This document shows positions 37,547-46,417 of a stretch of DNA of 64,000 nt, piece after piece. Numbering within the stretch: the stretch's first letter is position 1; each line of letters opens with the position of its first letter. The DNA is from an uncultured delta proteobacterium. Its GTDB lineage: Bacteria > Myxococcota_A > Polyangia > Polyangiales > JAFGIB01. The DNA lies in assembly GCA_963778655.1 (NCBI GenBank), contig CAVZVA010000005.1, forward strand, positions 544,001 through 608,000, read 5' to 3'. Under the pieces are notes generated by a model, which was given only the letters and a program-made list of their open reading frames with translations, did not search any database and had not been told where the DNA came from. The translations under genes were made by a program, and so were the position numbers.

Positions 37547-38404
37547 TCACTTGCCGCGCTTGCGCGCCCTCGCGATCACCACCTGTGTCTCGCTGTGCGC
37601 CGAGAGCGGGCCGAACACGAAGTCACCGTAGCGCTGCTCGATCTCGAAGCCGTTGTAGTGCAATAGCGCCTCGAGCTCCGCGGGGAAGAGCTGCCGCTGT
37701 GTGAGCGGCAGCGCGCGCCGCGAGGCTGGCTCGCCGGGCTGCTCGATCAGCATGGTCACGCTGCGGATCTGTCGCGCGACGTCGTAGTGCGATGCCTCGC
37801 TGTAGCGGTAGCGCCGTCCGCTGTCGGGGTCGCGCAGGTCCCGGCCTCGGTAGAGCCTTTCGGGGTCTTGGGCCAGCGCGCGCAGATCCGGCATCACCAC
37901 GTCGAACACCAGGCGCCCACCGCGCGCCAGGTGCCGCCGGCAGCCCGCAAGCGTGCGTTCGAGGTCGCTGCGCGAGTACAGATGATTGAAGGCGTTGAAC
38001 GGCGCTAGCACCAGCGCAAAGCGCCGCCTCAGCGAAAGCCGCCGCATGTCGCCGCGGCGCAACTCGATCCGGGCGCGAGCCCCTGCGGGCAGCTCGGCGA
38101 CGCGGGCGCGCGCGCGCGCAAGCATGCCGGCCATGGAGTCGACGCCGACCACCGCCACGCCGGCCCGCGCCAGCGCCAGCGCGACGCGCCCTGTGCCCAC
38201 GCCCAGCTCCAGCACCGGCCCGCCGTAGCGCTGCGCGAGCTGCGCATACAGTGCCACGTCGGCGCCGCGCCTGCGGTAGAGCGCATCGAACAGCGAGGGG
38301 TCTTGGTACAGCGCGATCGTGCCGTGGCGCAGCACGCGGGCGAGCGCGCGGTCGTGCTGCCGCTGCGCCGCGCGCGGGTCGGAAGGGACAGATCGTTTGC
38401 GCAT
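37547..38404 (-). CDS. Class I SAM-dependent methyltransferase
   Basis: GPVLELGVGTGR, GVDS..ML, GDMR, HLARGGRLVFD. Confidence 0.9.
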   Translation of the reverse strand: MRKRSVPSDPRAAQRQHDRALARVLRHGTIALYQDPSLFDALYRRRGADVALYAQLAQRYGGPVLELGVGTGRVALALARAGVAVVGVDSMAGMLARARARVAELPAGARARIELRRGDMRRLSLRRRFALVLAPFNAFNHLYSRSDLERTLAGCRRHLARGGRLVFDVVMPDLRALAQDPERLYRGRDLRDPDSGRRYRYSEASHYDVARQIRSVTMLIEQPGEPASRRALPLTQRQLFPAELEALLHYNGFEIEQRYGDFVFGPLSAHSETQVVIARARKRGK

Positions 38405-38546
38405 GGCGCCTTTTCAGCCGGTCGTCGCGCGAGGGTATCTCAGCTGCAGCACGCTCGGGCCCGCGCCTTGCCGCGAGCACGGGCGCAGCGTAGCCTGAGC
38501 CGTTCGCAGCGCTAAGCCCCGAGTCCCTTCGCGCAAGGAAGTCACC

Positions 38547-38795
38547 GTGCCGACCATCGGATTGTCCGAGCTGCTCGTCATTTTGATGATCCTGTTGTTG
38601 GTGTTCGGGGGCTCGCGCTTGCCGCAGATCGGCGAGAGCCTCGGCAAGACCCTGCGGGGGTTCAAGCGCGGTCTGGCGCGGGACGACCGCATCGGAATCT
38701 CGGACGGCAAGCTCGCGCAGGGGCAGGAAGCGCCCGCCCCGAAGTCGTCCAAGTCCGAGGTCGAGGACGCGGACCTGATCGACAAGCCGCGCTGA
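38547..38795 (+). CDS. tatA: Twin-arginine translocase TatA/E subunit
   Basis: IGLSELLVILMILLLVFGGSRLPQIGESLGKTLRGFK. Confidence 0.92.
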   Translation: MPTIGLSELLVILMILLLVFGGSRLPQIGESLGKTLRGFKRGLARDDRIGISDGKLAQGQEAPAPKSSKSEVEDADLIDKPR

Positions 38796-38831
38796 CGCGC
38801 GGCATGGCCGCTTTCCTGAAAAGCGGGGGGG

Positions 38832-39002
38832 CTAGAGCACCGAACATATTGAAACACGCACGATTTCGGGGCCCGCGCGTGCGCATGGCACGCGCGCTCC
38901 CCGCTCGACGTAGGATGTACGACGCCTTGGGGCTTCCGCCCGCACCCTGCATCCTGCCATGACCCCGACTTCGCACACGTTTCAATATGTTCGGTGCTCT
39001 AG
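38832..39002. mobile_element. Short palindromic MITE-like element bounded by CTAG
   Basis: Perfect 24-bp terminal inverted repeats CTAGAGCACCGAACATATTGAAAC / GTTTCAATATGTTCGGTGCTCTAG; imperfect internal palindrome; between convergent genes. Confidence 0.72.
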
Positions 39003-39005
39003 TTT

Positions 39006-39767
39006 CTAGTGCACCGTCGTGGACTCGGTCTTGCCGATCAGGCGGCGGCAGGCCTCGCGCAGATCTGCGTGCAGCTCGCTGGCCGCGAGCAGGCGGCGCA
39101 GGTCCTGCGCCTGCAGGTGGGGCGCCAGCTGCAGCGCGATGTCGAGCGGTGTGTAGGGATTGAGCGCGAGCGCGGTCTTGATCTGGTAGCGCACCACCCA
39201 ACGCGCGCTACGGAACACCTCGCGCAACACCTCGGTGGAGACTGGCCGGCGCGCGCACAAGCGCACCACCTCGCTTTCGGTCAGCGCGGGATTGCCCAAC
39301 AGGATGCGCATCACGTGCGGGTGAGGGTCGCGCAGGCAGCGCGCGATCAGCTCGCGATCGTTGCGCCGAGCGAGCGACTTGCGTTCACCCAGCGTGAGCG
39401 TGCGGCCCTTGCCGAAGTCGGGGACGCGCTGGGTCTCGGCGTCCTCTGCCACCTGCTCCTGCTGCAGCGCGCGCGCCAGCACCGGCAGCTGGCGCGCCTC
39501 CAGCACGGCCCCCACCGCCCTTCGCAGCCCGTCACAAAGCTCGTCGGCGAGCGCCAGCGAGATGGCTTGCAGCAGCCGCACGTGCTTGGGGCGCCGCCCT
39601 TCGGCGCCCAGCATGGCGACCGTGAACAGGTCGGCCACCTGTTCGGGGCGCTTGGAGAGCAGCGCGTGCCGGATGTAGCTGACACGCAAGCCGTGATCGG
39701 CCAGAGAGTCCGCCGACCGCGCCAGCGCCTCGAACTCCGTCTGGGCGGAAGACATCTGCGATGACAT
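39006..39767 (-). CDS. Hypothetical helical-repeat protein
   Basis: LTLGERKSLARR..DPHPHV..LLGNP, ALALNPYTP; GC3-biased codons. Confidence 0.72.
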   Translation of the reverse strand: MSSQMSSAQTEFEALARSADSLADHGLRVSYIRHALLSKRPEQVADLFTVAMLGAEGRRPKHVRLLQAISLALADELCDGLRRAVGAVLEARQLPVLARALQQEQVAEDAETQRVPDFGKGRTLTLGERKSLARRNDRELIARCLRDPHPHVMRILLGNPALTESEVVRLCARRPVSTEVLREVFRSARWVVRYQIKTALALNPYTPLDIALQLAPHLQAQDLRRLLAASELHADLREACRRLIGKTESTTVH

Positions 39768-39977
39768 GGTGCCCCGAGCCTCGGCGCCATGCCAGCAGCT
39801 CGACCCGCGCATCCGGCCCGCAGGCAGCCTGCCCGGGGCCGCCCCGAGCGCCGCTGGGCCGGGGCGCGCAGCGGCCTGCCGCCCCGCCCCGGGACCCGTG
39901 GCAGGCCCAGCTGCCGAGCCCGGCCGCTAGCGTAACCCCATGAAACGGCTACACTAAACAAGCAGGTCCACCCGGCT

Positions 39978-40004
39978 GAAATAGACCGCCGGGGCGGACG
40001 GTTG
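39978..40004 (+). promoter_or_regulatory. Putative autoregulatory ECF promoter (GAAAT-N18-GTTG)
   Basis: Resembles SigR/SigH consensus GGAAT-N18-GTT and lies just upstream of the ECF sigma gene. Confidence 0.5.
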
Positions 40005-40023
40005 AAGCAAGGGAGCGGAAGTC

Positions 40024-40677
40024 ATGAGTTGGCTGGGCACGGGCACGAGACGCGATCCAATGCGGGAGCAGTTTGACGCCGAGGTTCTCCCGAACCTGGA
40101 CGTGCTCTACACCAATGCCCTGCGCTTGACCCATGCCCAGGCCGACGCCGAGGACCTGGTCCAGGAGACGGTGCTGCGGGCGTTCCGCTTCTTCGATCGC
40201 TTCGAGCGCGGCACCAACGTCAAGGCCTGGCTGCTGCGGATCCAATACAACACCTTTGTCAATCGCTACCGCCGCTCGACCAAGGAGCGCGAGATCAAAG
40301 ACAGCATGAGCCACGAGCCCAGCGGGGAGGACGTGGTCTCGCGGGACGCGCTGCGTGCGCTCACCGATCCCACCGGCACCGCCTTGCGGCCGCTGGTGGC
40401 GCGCGAGATCGACGCCGCGCTGGCCGCGCTGCCCGAAGAGCACCGCCTGGTGGTGGTGCTCGCCGATGTCGAGGAGCTCAGTTACAAGGAGATCGCCGAG
40501 GTGCTGGGCTGTCCCATCGGCACCGTGATGTCCCGGCTGCACCGCGCGCGGCGCGCGCTGCGCGGCCACCTTTTGGAATACGCCCGCCCGTCCGCAGCGG
40601 CCCAGCCGGCGCCCGCGGAGCAGGAGGCGGGTGCCGTGTCGCTCGAAGCCTACCGGCGCGAGCACAAGGCGCGATGA
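40024..40677 (+). CDS. ECF sigma factor, SigR/SigH-like
   Basis: LDVLYTNALRLT..ADAEDLVQET..AFRFF..FERGTNVKAWLLRI..NTFVN.YR; SYKEIAEVLGCPIGTVMSRLHRAR. Confidence 0.93.
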   Translation: MSWLGTGTRRDPMREQFDAEVLPNLDVLYTNALRLTHAQADAEDLVQETVLRAFRFFDRFERGTNVKAWLLRIQYNTFVNRYRRSTKEREIKDSMSHEPSGEDVVSRDALRALTDPTGTALRPLVAREIDAALAALPEEHRLVVVLADVEELSYKEIAEVLGCPIGTVMSRLHRARRALRGHLLEYARPSAAAQPAPAEQEAGAVSLEAYRREHKAR

Positions 40678-40691
40678 CGAAGGTGTAAGTG

Positions 40692-41525
40692 ATGGACTGC
40701 AAGCTACTGCGCGCCCACTTGGATGCCTACGCGGACGGCGAGCTCGAAGCCACCCCGGTGATCGAGTTCGAGCAGCATCTCGATAGCTGCGCTGCCTGCC
40801 GCAACGAGCTCGCCCTGACGCGGTTGCTGCAACAAGGCGTGCGCCGTCTGGAGAGCCCGGCGGCGCCCGCCTCGTTGAGACGGCGCGTGGCGGTCGCCCT
40901 GGACGAGGCTGCGGTGGGCGAGGACGGCCAACACGGCCGCGGGCCCTGGGCGTCGGTGCTGGCGGTCGCGGCGGCCTTGATGCTCGCGGTCGGCGCGGCC
41001 GTGCGCTCGGACAGCACCAGCCCGGTGGGGCATGAGGGTGTGGCCACGGCCGATGTCGCGCCGCTCGGGGTGCTGGGCGACATCGTGGCCCGGCACATGG
41101 ACCAGCTGCCCGCGGATATCGCCGCGGACCGTCCCGAACAGGTGGCAAGCTGGTCGAGCGGCAAGGTCGGATTTCGCGTGCGCTCGGTTGAATTTACCGA
41201 GCCGCAGGTGCGCCTGCTGGGCGCTCGGGTCTCGCACATCGGCGCGCAGCAAGCGGTCAAGCTCTACTACAGTGTCGGGCATAGCCCGCTGACGACGTTG
41301 GAGTTCCAGGCACCGCCGTCGCTGGAGCGGGCGCTGCACGACGACCGGCTGATGGCGCGCTGGGGCGGGCACCGCCAGCGCTTCGGCACGCGCGTGGTCA
41401 CGTACCACAACATACACGGCTACACGGTGCCGATCGTGGAGCAGGACGGCATCGCGTACGCCTTCGCGGGCGACCTGGATCAACATCGGCTGCTGCAGCT
41501 GGTCGCCTCCGCGAGGCTACCCTAG
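40692..41525 (+). CDS. Zinc-finger (HxxxCxxC) transmembrane anti-sigma factor
   Basis: MDC..L.AY.DGEL..HLDSCAAC, TM helix, extracytoplasmic domain. Confidence 0.88.
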   Translation: MDCKLLRAHLDAYADGELEATPVIEFEQHLDSCAACRNELALTRLLQQGVRRLESPAAPASLRRRVAVALDEAAVGEDGQHGRGPWASVLAVAAALMLAVGAAVRSDSTSPVGHEGVATADVAPLGVLGDIVARHMDQLPADIAADRPEQVASWSSGKVGFRVRSVEFTEPQVRLLGARVSHIGAQQAVKLYYSVGHSPLTTLEFQAPPSLERALHDDRLMARWGGHRQRFGTRVVTYHNIHGYTVPIVEQDGIAYAFAGDLDQHRLLQLVASARLP

Positions 41526-41594
41526 GCGCTCCACGCAAAGCGCGGCGGGGACTACTAACCGCCCGAAACTCTTTCGTGTTTGGGCTCTCTCGAG

Positions 41595-41624
41595 TTGACA
41601 CTGAAGAGCCGTGACCACTATCCT
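41595..41624 (+). promoter_or_regulatory. Putative sigma70 promoter
   Basis: TTGACA-18nt-TATCCT about 50 nt upstream of the ATG at 41675. Confidence 0.55.
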
Positions 41625-41674
41625 GAGCGGCACGCCCGAGGCGCTGCGGCGCGCGCATCGGCCGGAGGACCAGG

Positions 41675-43594
41675 ATGGGTCAGCGCATTCTTCTTTTCGA
41701 GAACGACCCCGGATTCGCGCGCGAGGTTCGTGAGCGCTTCGAAGCGCTCGGCGCCACCGTCGACGTCGCGGGAGACGGACCCCAGGGCCTCGACATGGCC
41801 ACGGCCAACAGGCCTGACCTGATCCTGTTATCGATCGAGCTGCCCGGGATGAACGGCTTCCTGGTTTGCAAGAAGCTCAAGAAGCAAGACGGCCTGCAAG
41901 AGGTGCCTTTGCTGATTCTTTCGAGCGAGGCGACCGAGGACGTGTTCGAGCAGCACAAGAAGCTGCGCACGCGGGCGGAGGACTACCTGCACAAGCCGAT
42001 CGCGTTCGCGGACCTGCTCGAGCGCGTCAAGCAATGGGTGAACCTCGAGACCAACGGCGTGAGCGCGGCGGACGCGGACGACGACGACGAGGTGGTGGAG
42101 ATCGCCGAGCTCGACGAGGAAGAAGTGATCCTCGTCTCCGAAGACAGTCAGCCTCCCGCGGCGAACGTGGAGGCCGCGGACTCCGCGTCGTTTGCCGAGC
42201 AGGCGGTGGACGCGCTGCTCGCCGATGATGGCGATGACGGCCCGCCCACGGTCGCGTCGATGCCGCCGATCGCGCCGCCTCCCGCGGCCAGTGCCGCGCG
42301 CGGGTCGAGCCCCGGGCTGTATGCGGCTTCGCCCGCGGCGGAGCCGGTGACCGCCGTCGCGCCAGGCATGAGCGCGGAGCTCTCGCGTGCGCAGCAGGAT
42401 CTGCAGCAGGCGCAGGCGCGGCTGGAGCAGCTCGAGGCCGAGCTCAACCAGGCCGAGCGGCGCGCGGGTGACGCGGAGCAGGAGCTGCAGGCCGCGAAGC
42501 AGCGCGCGAGCGCGGCCGAGCGCTCGCTGGCCGACGCGGGCAAGAAGGGCGGCGTCTCGAGCCGGGACTTCCTCGACCTGCGCGAGCAGCTCAACCGCAA
42601 GGACCGCGAGCTGCTCGGTTTGCGCGATCAGGTCAGCTCCCGCGACAAGCAGCTGATCGAGCAGAGCGACAAGGGCCTCACGCTCGAGCGCCAGCTGGCC
42701 GACCAGAGCGACCGCAACATCGAGCTGCAGCGCGAGCTAGAGAAGGCCAACGAGACCAACGAGATGCTGCAGGCCGACAAGGAGGGCGCGCGCAAGCGCC
42801 TGGACGACTTGAGGGCACGGCTGGAGCGCGCGGAGGCCAAGAGCCGCGACCTCAACGACGAGCTCAACGGCATCAAGACCTCGCATGCCGGTGAGATCGA
42901 GGCGTTGCAGCAGCGCCAGGCCGAGGCCAGCGCGAGCACGGCGGCCGCGCACGCGGAGGCCACCGACGAGCTCAAGCGCCAGCACGCCGCGGTGCTCGAC
43001 GCCCTGCGCAGGGCCCACGCCGGTGAGCTGGCGGAGCAGCACGAGGAGCACGAGGTGGCCGTCGCCGCGCTGCGCGAGAAGGCCGAGCAGGAGCGGGAGG
43101 GCGCGCTCGCCGGGTTGCGCAGCGAGCTGGAGACGCAGGCCGCGCAGCGGCTTGCCGATCAGCAGCGCGAGCACGAGGCCATGGTGTCGCAGGCGCTCTC
43201 GGCGCACGAGAGCGAGCTGGCCAACACGCGCCAGAGCCTGCAGGACAAGCACAGCGCAGAGCTCCGGCAGACCAACGACCGCTACCAGCAGGAGCTGGCG
43301 CGCGTGGGCCGGGCGCTCGCGGAGTTCGAGACCAAGCAGCAGCTGCTCGAGGATCAGCTCGAAGAAGCGGAATCGGCGAAGGCCGACGCGCACGCGCGCC
43401 TGGCGCGCGTCACCAGCGAGCGCGACCAGAAAGCCGAGCTCGGGGAGGAGCTGCAAGCGCAGCTCGACCATCTGCTGGCGCAGCGCAACGCGAACGAGCA
43501 GATGCTCGAGCGCGTGCGCAAGGCGCTGGCCATCGGCCTGAGCCTGGTCGAGGAGCATAGGCGAGCGGAGCTCGACGAGCAGGCCGACAGCTAG
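41675..43594 (+). CDS. FrzS/AglZ-like pseudo-receiver coiled-coil protein
   Basis: Receiver fold with Ser at the phospho-acceptor position (DLILLSIELPG), FEQHKKLRTRAEDYLHKP; acidic linker; long coiled coil ending RKALAIGLSLVEE. Confidence 0.8.
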   Translation: MGQRILLFENDPGFAREVRERFEALGATVDVAGDGPQGLDMATANRPDLILLSIELPGMNGFLVCKKLKKQDGLQEVPLLILSSEATEDVFEQHKKLRTRAEDYLHKPIAFADLLERVKQWVNLETNGVSAADADDDDEVVEIAELDEEEVILVSEDSQPPAANVEAADSASFAEQAVDALLADDGDDGPPTVASMPPIAPPPAASAARGSSPGLYAASPAAEPVTAVAPGMSAELSRAQQDLQQAQARLEQLEAELNQAERRAGDAEQELQAAKQRASAAERSLADAGKKGGVSSRDFLDLREQLNRKDRELLGLRDQVSSRDKQLIEQSDKGLTLERQLADQSDRNIELQRELEKANETNEMLQADKEGARKRLDDLRARLERAEAKSRDLNDELNGIKTSHAGEIEALQQRQAEASASTAAAHAEATDELKRQHAAVLDALRRAHAGELAEQHEEHEVAVAALREKAEQEREGALAGLRSELETQAAQRLADQQREHEAMVSQALSAHESELANTRQSLQDKHSAELRQTNDRYQQELARVGRALAEFETKQQLLEDQLEEAESAKADAHARLARVTSERDQKAELGEELQAQLDHLLAQRNANEQMLERVRKALAIGLSLVEEHRRAELDEQADS

Positions 43595-43620
43595 AGCTTC
43601 CGCTCGGAAGCGCCCAGGAG

Positions 43621-45126
43621 CTAGCGAAGGACCAGGCGGCGGTGCTCGCCGGTGCCGAGCGAAACCACGCGCTCGAGCACGTTGCCGTGGCTGTCGGCGC
43701 GGATGCGGTGCTCGCCCGGGGGAAGCGACAGGGTGACCGGCGCTGCGCCAATCCGCTTGCCGTCGACGCTGACCTCACCGAAGGGGAGCACCACGATCTC
43801 GAGCGAGGCGAGTCGGGGTCGGGCCGGGGCGACTGCGCCCGCGGGTTGCGTGGGCGCGGCGCGCGGCCGGGTCACGACAGTGTCCGCGTGTGGCGGGGCC
43901 ACCGGCCCGAGCTCCGGGCTAGCCGGCGGCGCAGGGGTGGGCGGGGCGACCTGCTCGCGATGCGCCGCGGCGCGCGGCGCAACCGCGGGCGCGGCGGGCG
44001 CTGCGGCGCGCCGGGGCCAGAGCGCAAGCAGCGACACGGCGGCGGCTAGCAGCAGCGCCACGCCCAGGGCGCGCAAGGCGCCGCGCCCTGGAACGCCAAT
44101 CACGCGCGCGGCGGCGGAGCCCCCGGCGTCTTCGGAGGCATGCTGCGTGCGCGTGGCTTCGAGCGCCTGTGCCGGCGGTTGTTGCGAGACCGATTGCGTG
44201 AGCGCAGGGGCCTCGGGCGTAGGCTCTGACCGGTGCTGGGCGACCAGCGCGCCGAGCTCGCGCTGCGCGCGCGGCGCCTGCGGCATGGCGAGCAGCGCCT
44301 CGAGCAGCCCCGCGGCGCTCTGGACGCGCAGCGCGGGATCGGGCTCGAGCAGGCGCTCCACCAGCTCGTCGAGCCGCGCGTCCAGCCCGGGCACGCGCTC
44401 CCGCAGGCGCAGGTGCTCGCCCCGCGACGCGCGCTCGAGCGTCTCGAGCTCGGTGGCGCCGTCGTGAGGCCGCTCCCCGCACAGGCACTCGTAGAGCACG
44501 ACGCCGGCCGCGAACAGGTCGCAGCGCGTGTCGAAGCGACCACTGTAGGCGTACTCGGGCGCGATGTACGAGACCTTGCCCTTGACCACGCCGGTGCGCG
44601 TGTGCTGCGGGCTTCCGACCGCTCGCGCGATCCCGAAGTCCGTCAGCTTGACCTCGCCTTCCACGCTCAGCACCACGTTGGAGGGCGAGACGTCGCGGTG
44701 CACCACCGCCGCCTCGCGCGCGGCCCCGCCGGCACGGTGCGCGAAGTCGAGCGCGGTGGCGAGCTGAAGCGCCACGTGGAGCGCCAGCTCCGGCGGCAGC
44801 GGGCCGCCGATCGCCGCCAGCAAGCCTCGCAGATCGAGGCCTTCGACCAGCTCGAGCGCCAGATAGTGGTCGTCGCCGTCGCGCCCGAAGTCGAGCACTT
44901 GCGCGATGGTCGCGTGGCGCAGCTTGGCGGCGATCGCGGCCTCGGCCAGCAGCTGCCGCACCAGCTCGGGATCCTGGCCAATCTCGTGGCGGATGCGCTT
45001 GAGGCACACGTGCTGTACGAAAGCGCCAGGCCCTCTGCGCACCGCCACGTAGGTTTCCGCCATGCCTCCTTGGCCGAGGCGGGAGAGGACCTCGTAGGGC
45101 CCGATGCGGGCGGGCGGGAGGGCCAT
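43621..45126 (-). CDS. Hanks-type Ser/Thr protein kinase with TM and PEGA-like domain
   Basis: LGQGGMAETY, CLKRI, VHRDVSPSN, DFGIAR, KGKVSYIAPE, DLFAAG; C-terminal V.VDG..IG..P..L.PGEH. Confidence 0.9.
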   Translation of the reverse strand: MALPPARIGPYEVLSRLGQGGMAETYVAVRRGPGAFVQHVCLKRIRHEIGQDPELVRQLLAEAAIAAKLRHATIAQVLDFGRDGDDHYLALELVEGLDLRGLLAAIGGPLPPELALHVALQLATALDFAHRAGGAAREAAVVHRDVSPSNVVLSVEGEVKLTDFGIARAVGSPQHTRTGVVKGKVSYIAPEYAYSGRFDTRCDLFAAGVVLYECLCGERPHDGATELETLERASRGEHLRLRERVPGLDARLDELVERLLEPDPALRVQSAAGLLEALLAMPQAPRAQRELGALVAQHRSEPTPEAPALTQSVSQQPPAQALEATRTQHASEDAGGSAAARVIGVPGRGALRALGVALLLAAAVSLLALWPRRAAAPAAPAVAPRAAAHREQVAPPTPAPPASPELGPVAPPHADTVVTRPRAAPTQPAGAVAPARPRLASLEIVVLPFGEVSVDGKRIGAAPVTLSLPPGEHRIRADSHGNVLERVVSLGTGEHRRLVLR

Positions 45127-45244
45127 GGAACCGGACGCCGGGACGCCGCGACCGGCGCCAGCTGCGGGCAGGCTAGCGCGCTGGGCTGCCAGCGGCAATC
45201 GCGACCCCTCGACGCGCTGCGGGCTGCCTGCTACACAGGGCGCG

Positions 45245-45940
45245 ATGCAGCCCAGCGAGCCCCCGCAGCGCATCGTCGCCGAGCTGTGCCGCGAGCTGTA
45301 CCGCCTGGGCTGGGCCACCGGGACCGGCGGCGGGATCAGCATTCGGCAGGATGGGCGCGTGTACATGGCGCCGAGCGGGGTGCAGAAAGAGCGCATCGAT
45401 CCGGACGACGTCTACGTGATGGACGAGGCCGGTGAGGTGATTTCGGGGCCGAGTCGGCCTGGGCTCAAGCCCAGCGAGTGCGCGCCCCTGTTCTTCAACG
45501 CGTACCGCCTGCGCGGAGCCGGCGCGGTGTTGCACAGCCATGGCATGTTCGCGATGCTGGCAGGCCTGATCGCGCGCGACGTCTTCGAGTGCACCGAGCT
45601 CGAGATGATCAAGGGCATCTCGGGGCACGGCTACCACGACCGGTTGTGCGTGCCGATCGTCGAGAACACCGCGCGCGAGTGCGATCTGGCCGAGCGCATG
45701 GCCGCGGCCATGCAGGCCCACCCCGCGTCGAGCGCGGTGCTGGTGCGGCGCCACGGGGTCTACGTCTGGGGCCGCGACTGGGCGCACGCGAAGACGCAGG
45801 CGGAGTGCTACCATTACCTGTTCGAGGCCGCGGTGCGGATGGCGCAGCTCGGCATGGATGCGACGGCGGGCAGCGCGATCGATCGTCCGGCCGCGGTCGC
45901 CAGCCGGAGCCGCAAGGCCGCGGCGGGAGGTGGGCAGTGA
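45245..45940 (+). CDS. mtnB: Methylthioribulose-1-phosphate dehydratase
   Basis: ELCR.LY.LGWATGTGGGISI, APSGVQKER, SECAPLF, GAGAVLHSH, VPIVENT, VLVRRHGVYVWG. Confidence 0.93.
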   Translation: MQPSEPPQRIVAELCRELYRLGWATGTGGGISIRQDGRVYMAPSGVQKERIDPDDVYVMDEAGEVISGPSRPGLKPSECAPLFFNAYRLRGAGAVLHSHGMFAMLAGLIARDVFECTELEMIKGISGHGYHDRLCVPIVENTARECDLAERMAAAMQAHPASSAVLVRRHGVYVWGRDWAHAKTQAECYHYLFEAAVRMAQLGMDATAGSAIDRPAAVASRSRKAAAGGGQ

Positions 45941-46377
45941 AAGCGTGCTGGTTGGAAGGACAGGCGTCGATCGGTGCCGACGAGCTGAACGGCTACGGCG
46001 TGTATTACGCGAGGATGAGCACCGACCCGGCCGCCTATCAGAGCCCGATCGATGAGCTCAAGCAGAGCCGCGGCTACATCGAGCAGGATGTGGTGGCGCT
46101 CGAGCCGAGCACGCCGAACCTGGACGCGATCTGCGCCAAGTTCATGGACGAGCACTACCACGACGACGACGAGGTGCGCTTCGTGCTGGAAGGCGAGGGC
46201 ATCTTCGATATTCGCTCGCCGGACGACAGGTTCATGCGCGTGGTCGTCGAGCCGGGCGATCTGATCGTGGTGCCAAAGCAGCGCCACCACCGGTTCATGT
46301 TGACCGAGAGTAAGGCGATCCGCTGCGTGCGCCTGTTCCGCGACACCAGCGGCTGGGTCCCGCACTACCGCGGTTGA
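45937..46377 (+). CDS. mtnD: Acireductone dioxygenase
   Basis: KF.DEHYHDDDEVRFVLEGEGIFD, GDLIVVP..HHRF, VRLF...GW; GTGA overlap with mtnB stop. Confidence 0.92.
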   Translation: MKACWLEGQASIGADELNGYGVYYARMSTDPAAYQSPIDELKQSRGYIEQDVVALEPSTPNLDAICAKFMDEHYHDDDEVRFVLEGEGIFDIRSPDDRFMRVVVEPGDLIVVPKQRHHRFMLTESKAIRCVRLFRDTSGWVPHYRG

Positions 46378-46417
46378 GCCACTGCCGAGCACTCGCCGCT
46401 GCCGGCGTTGACGCGCG

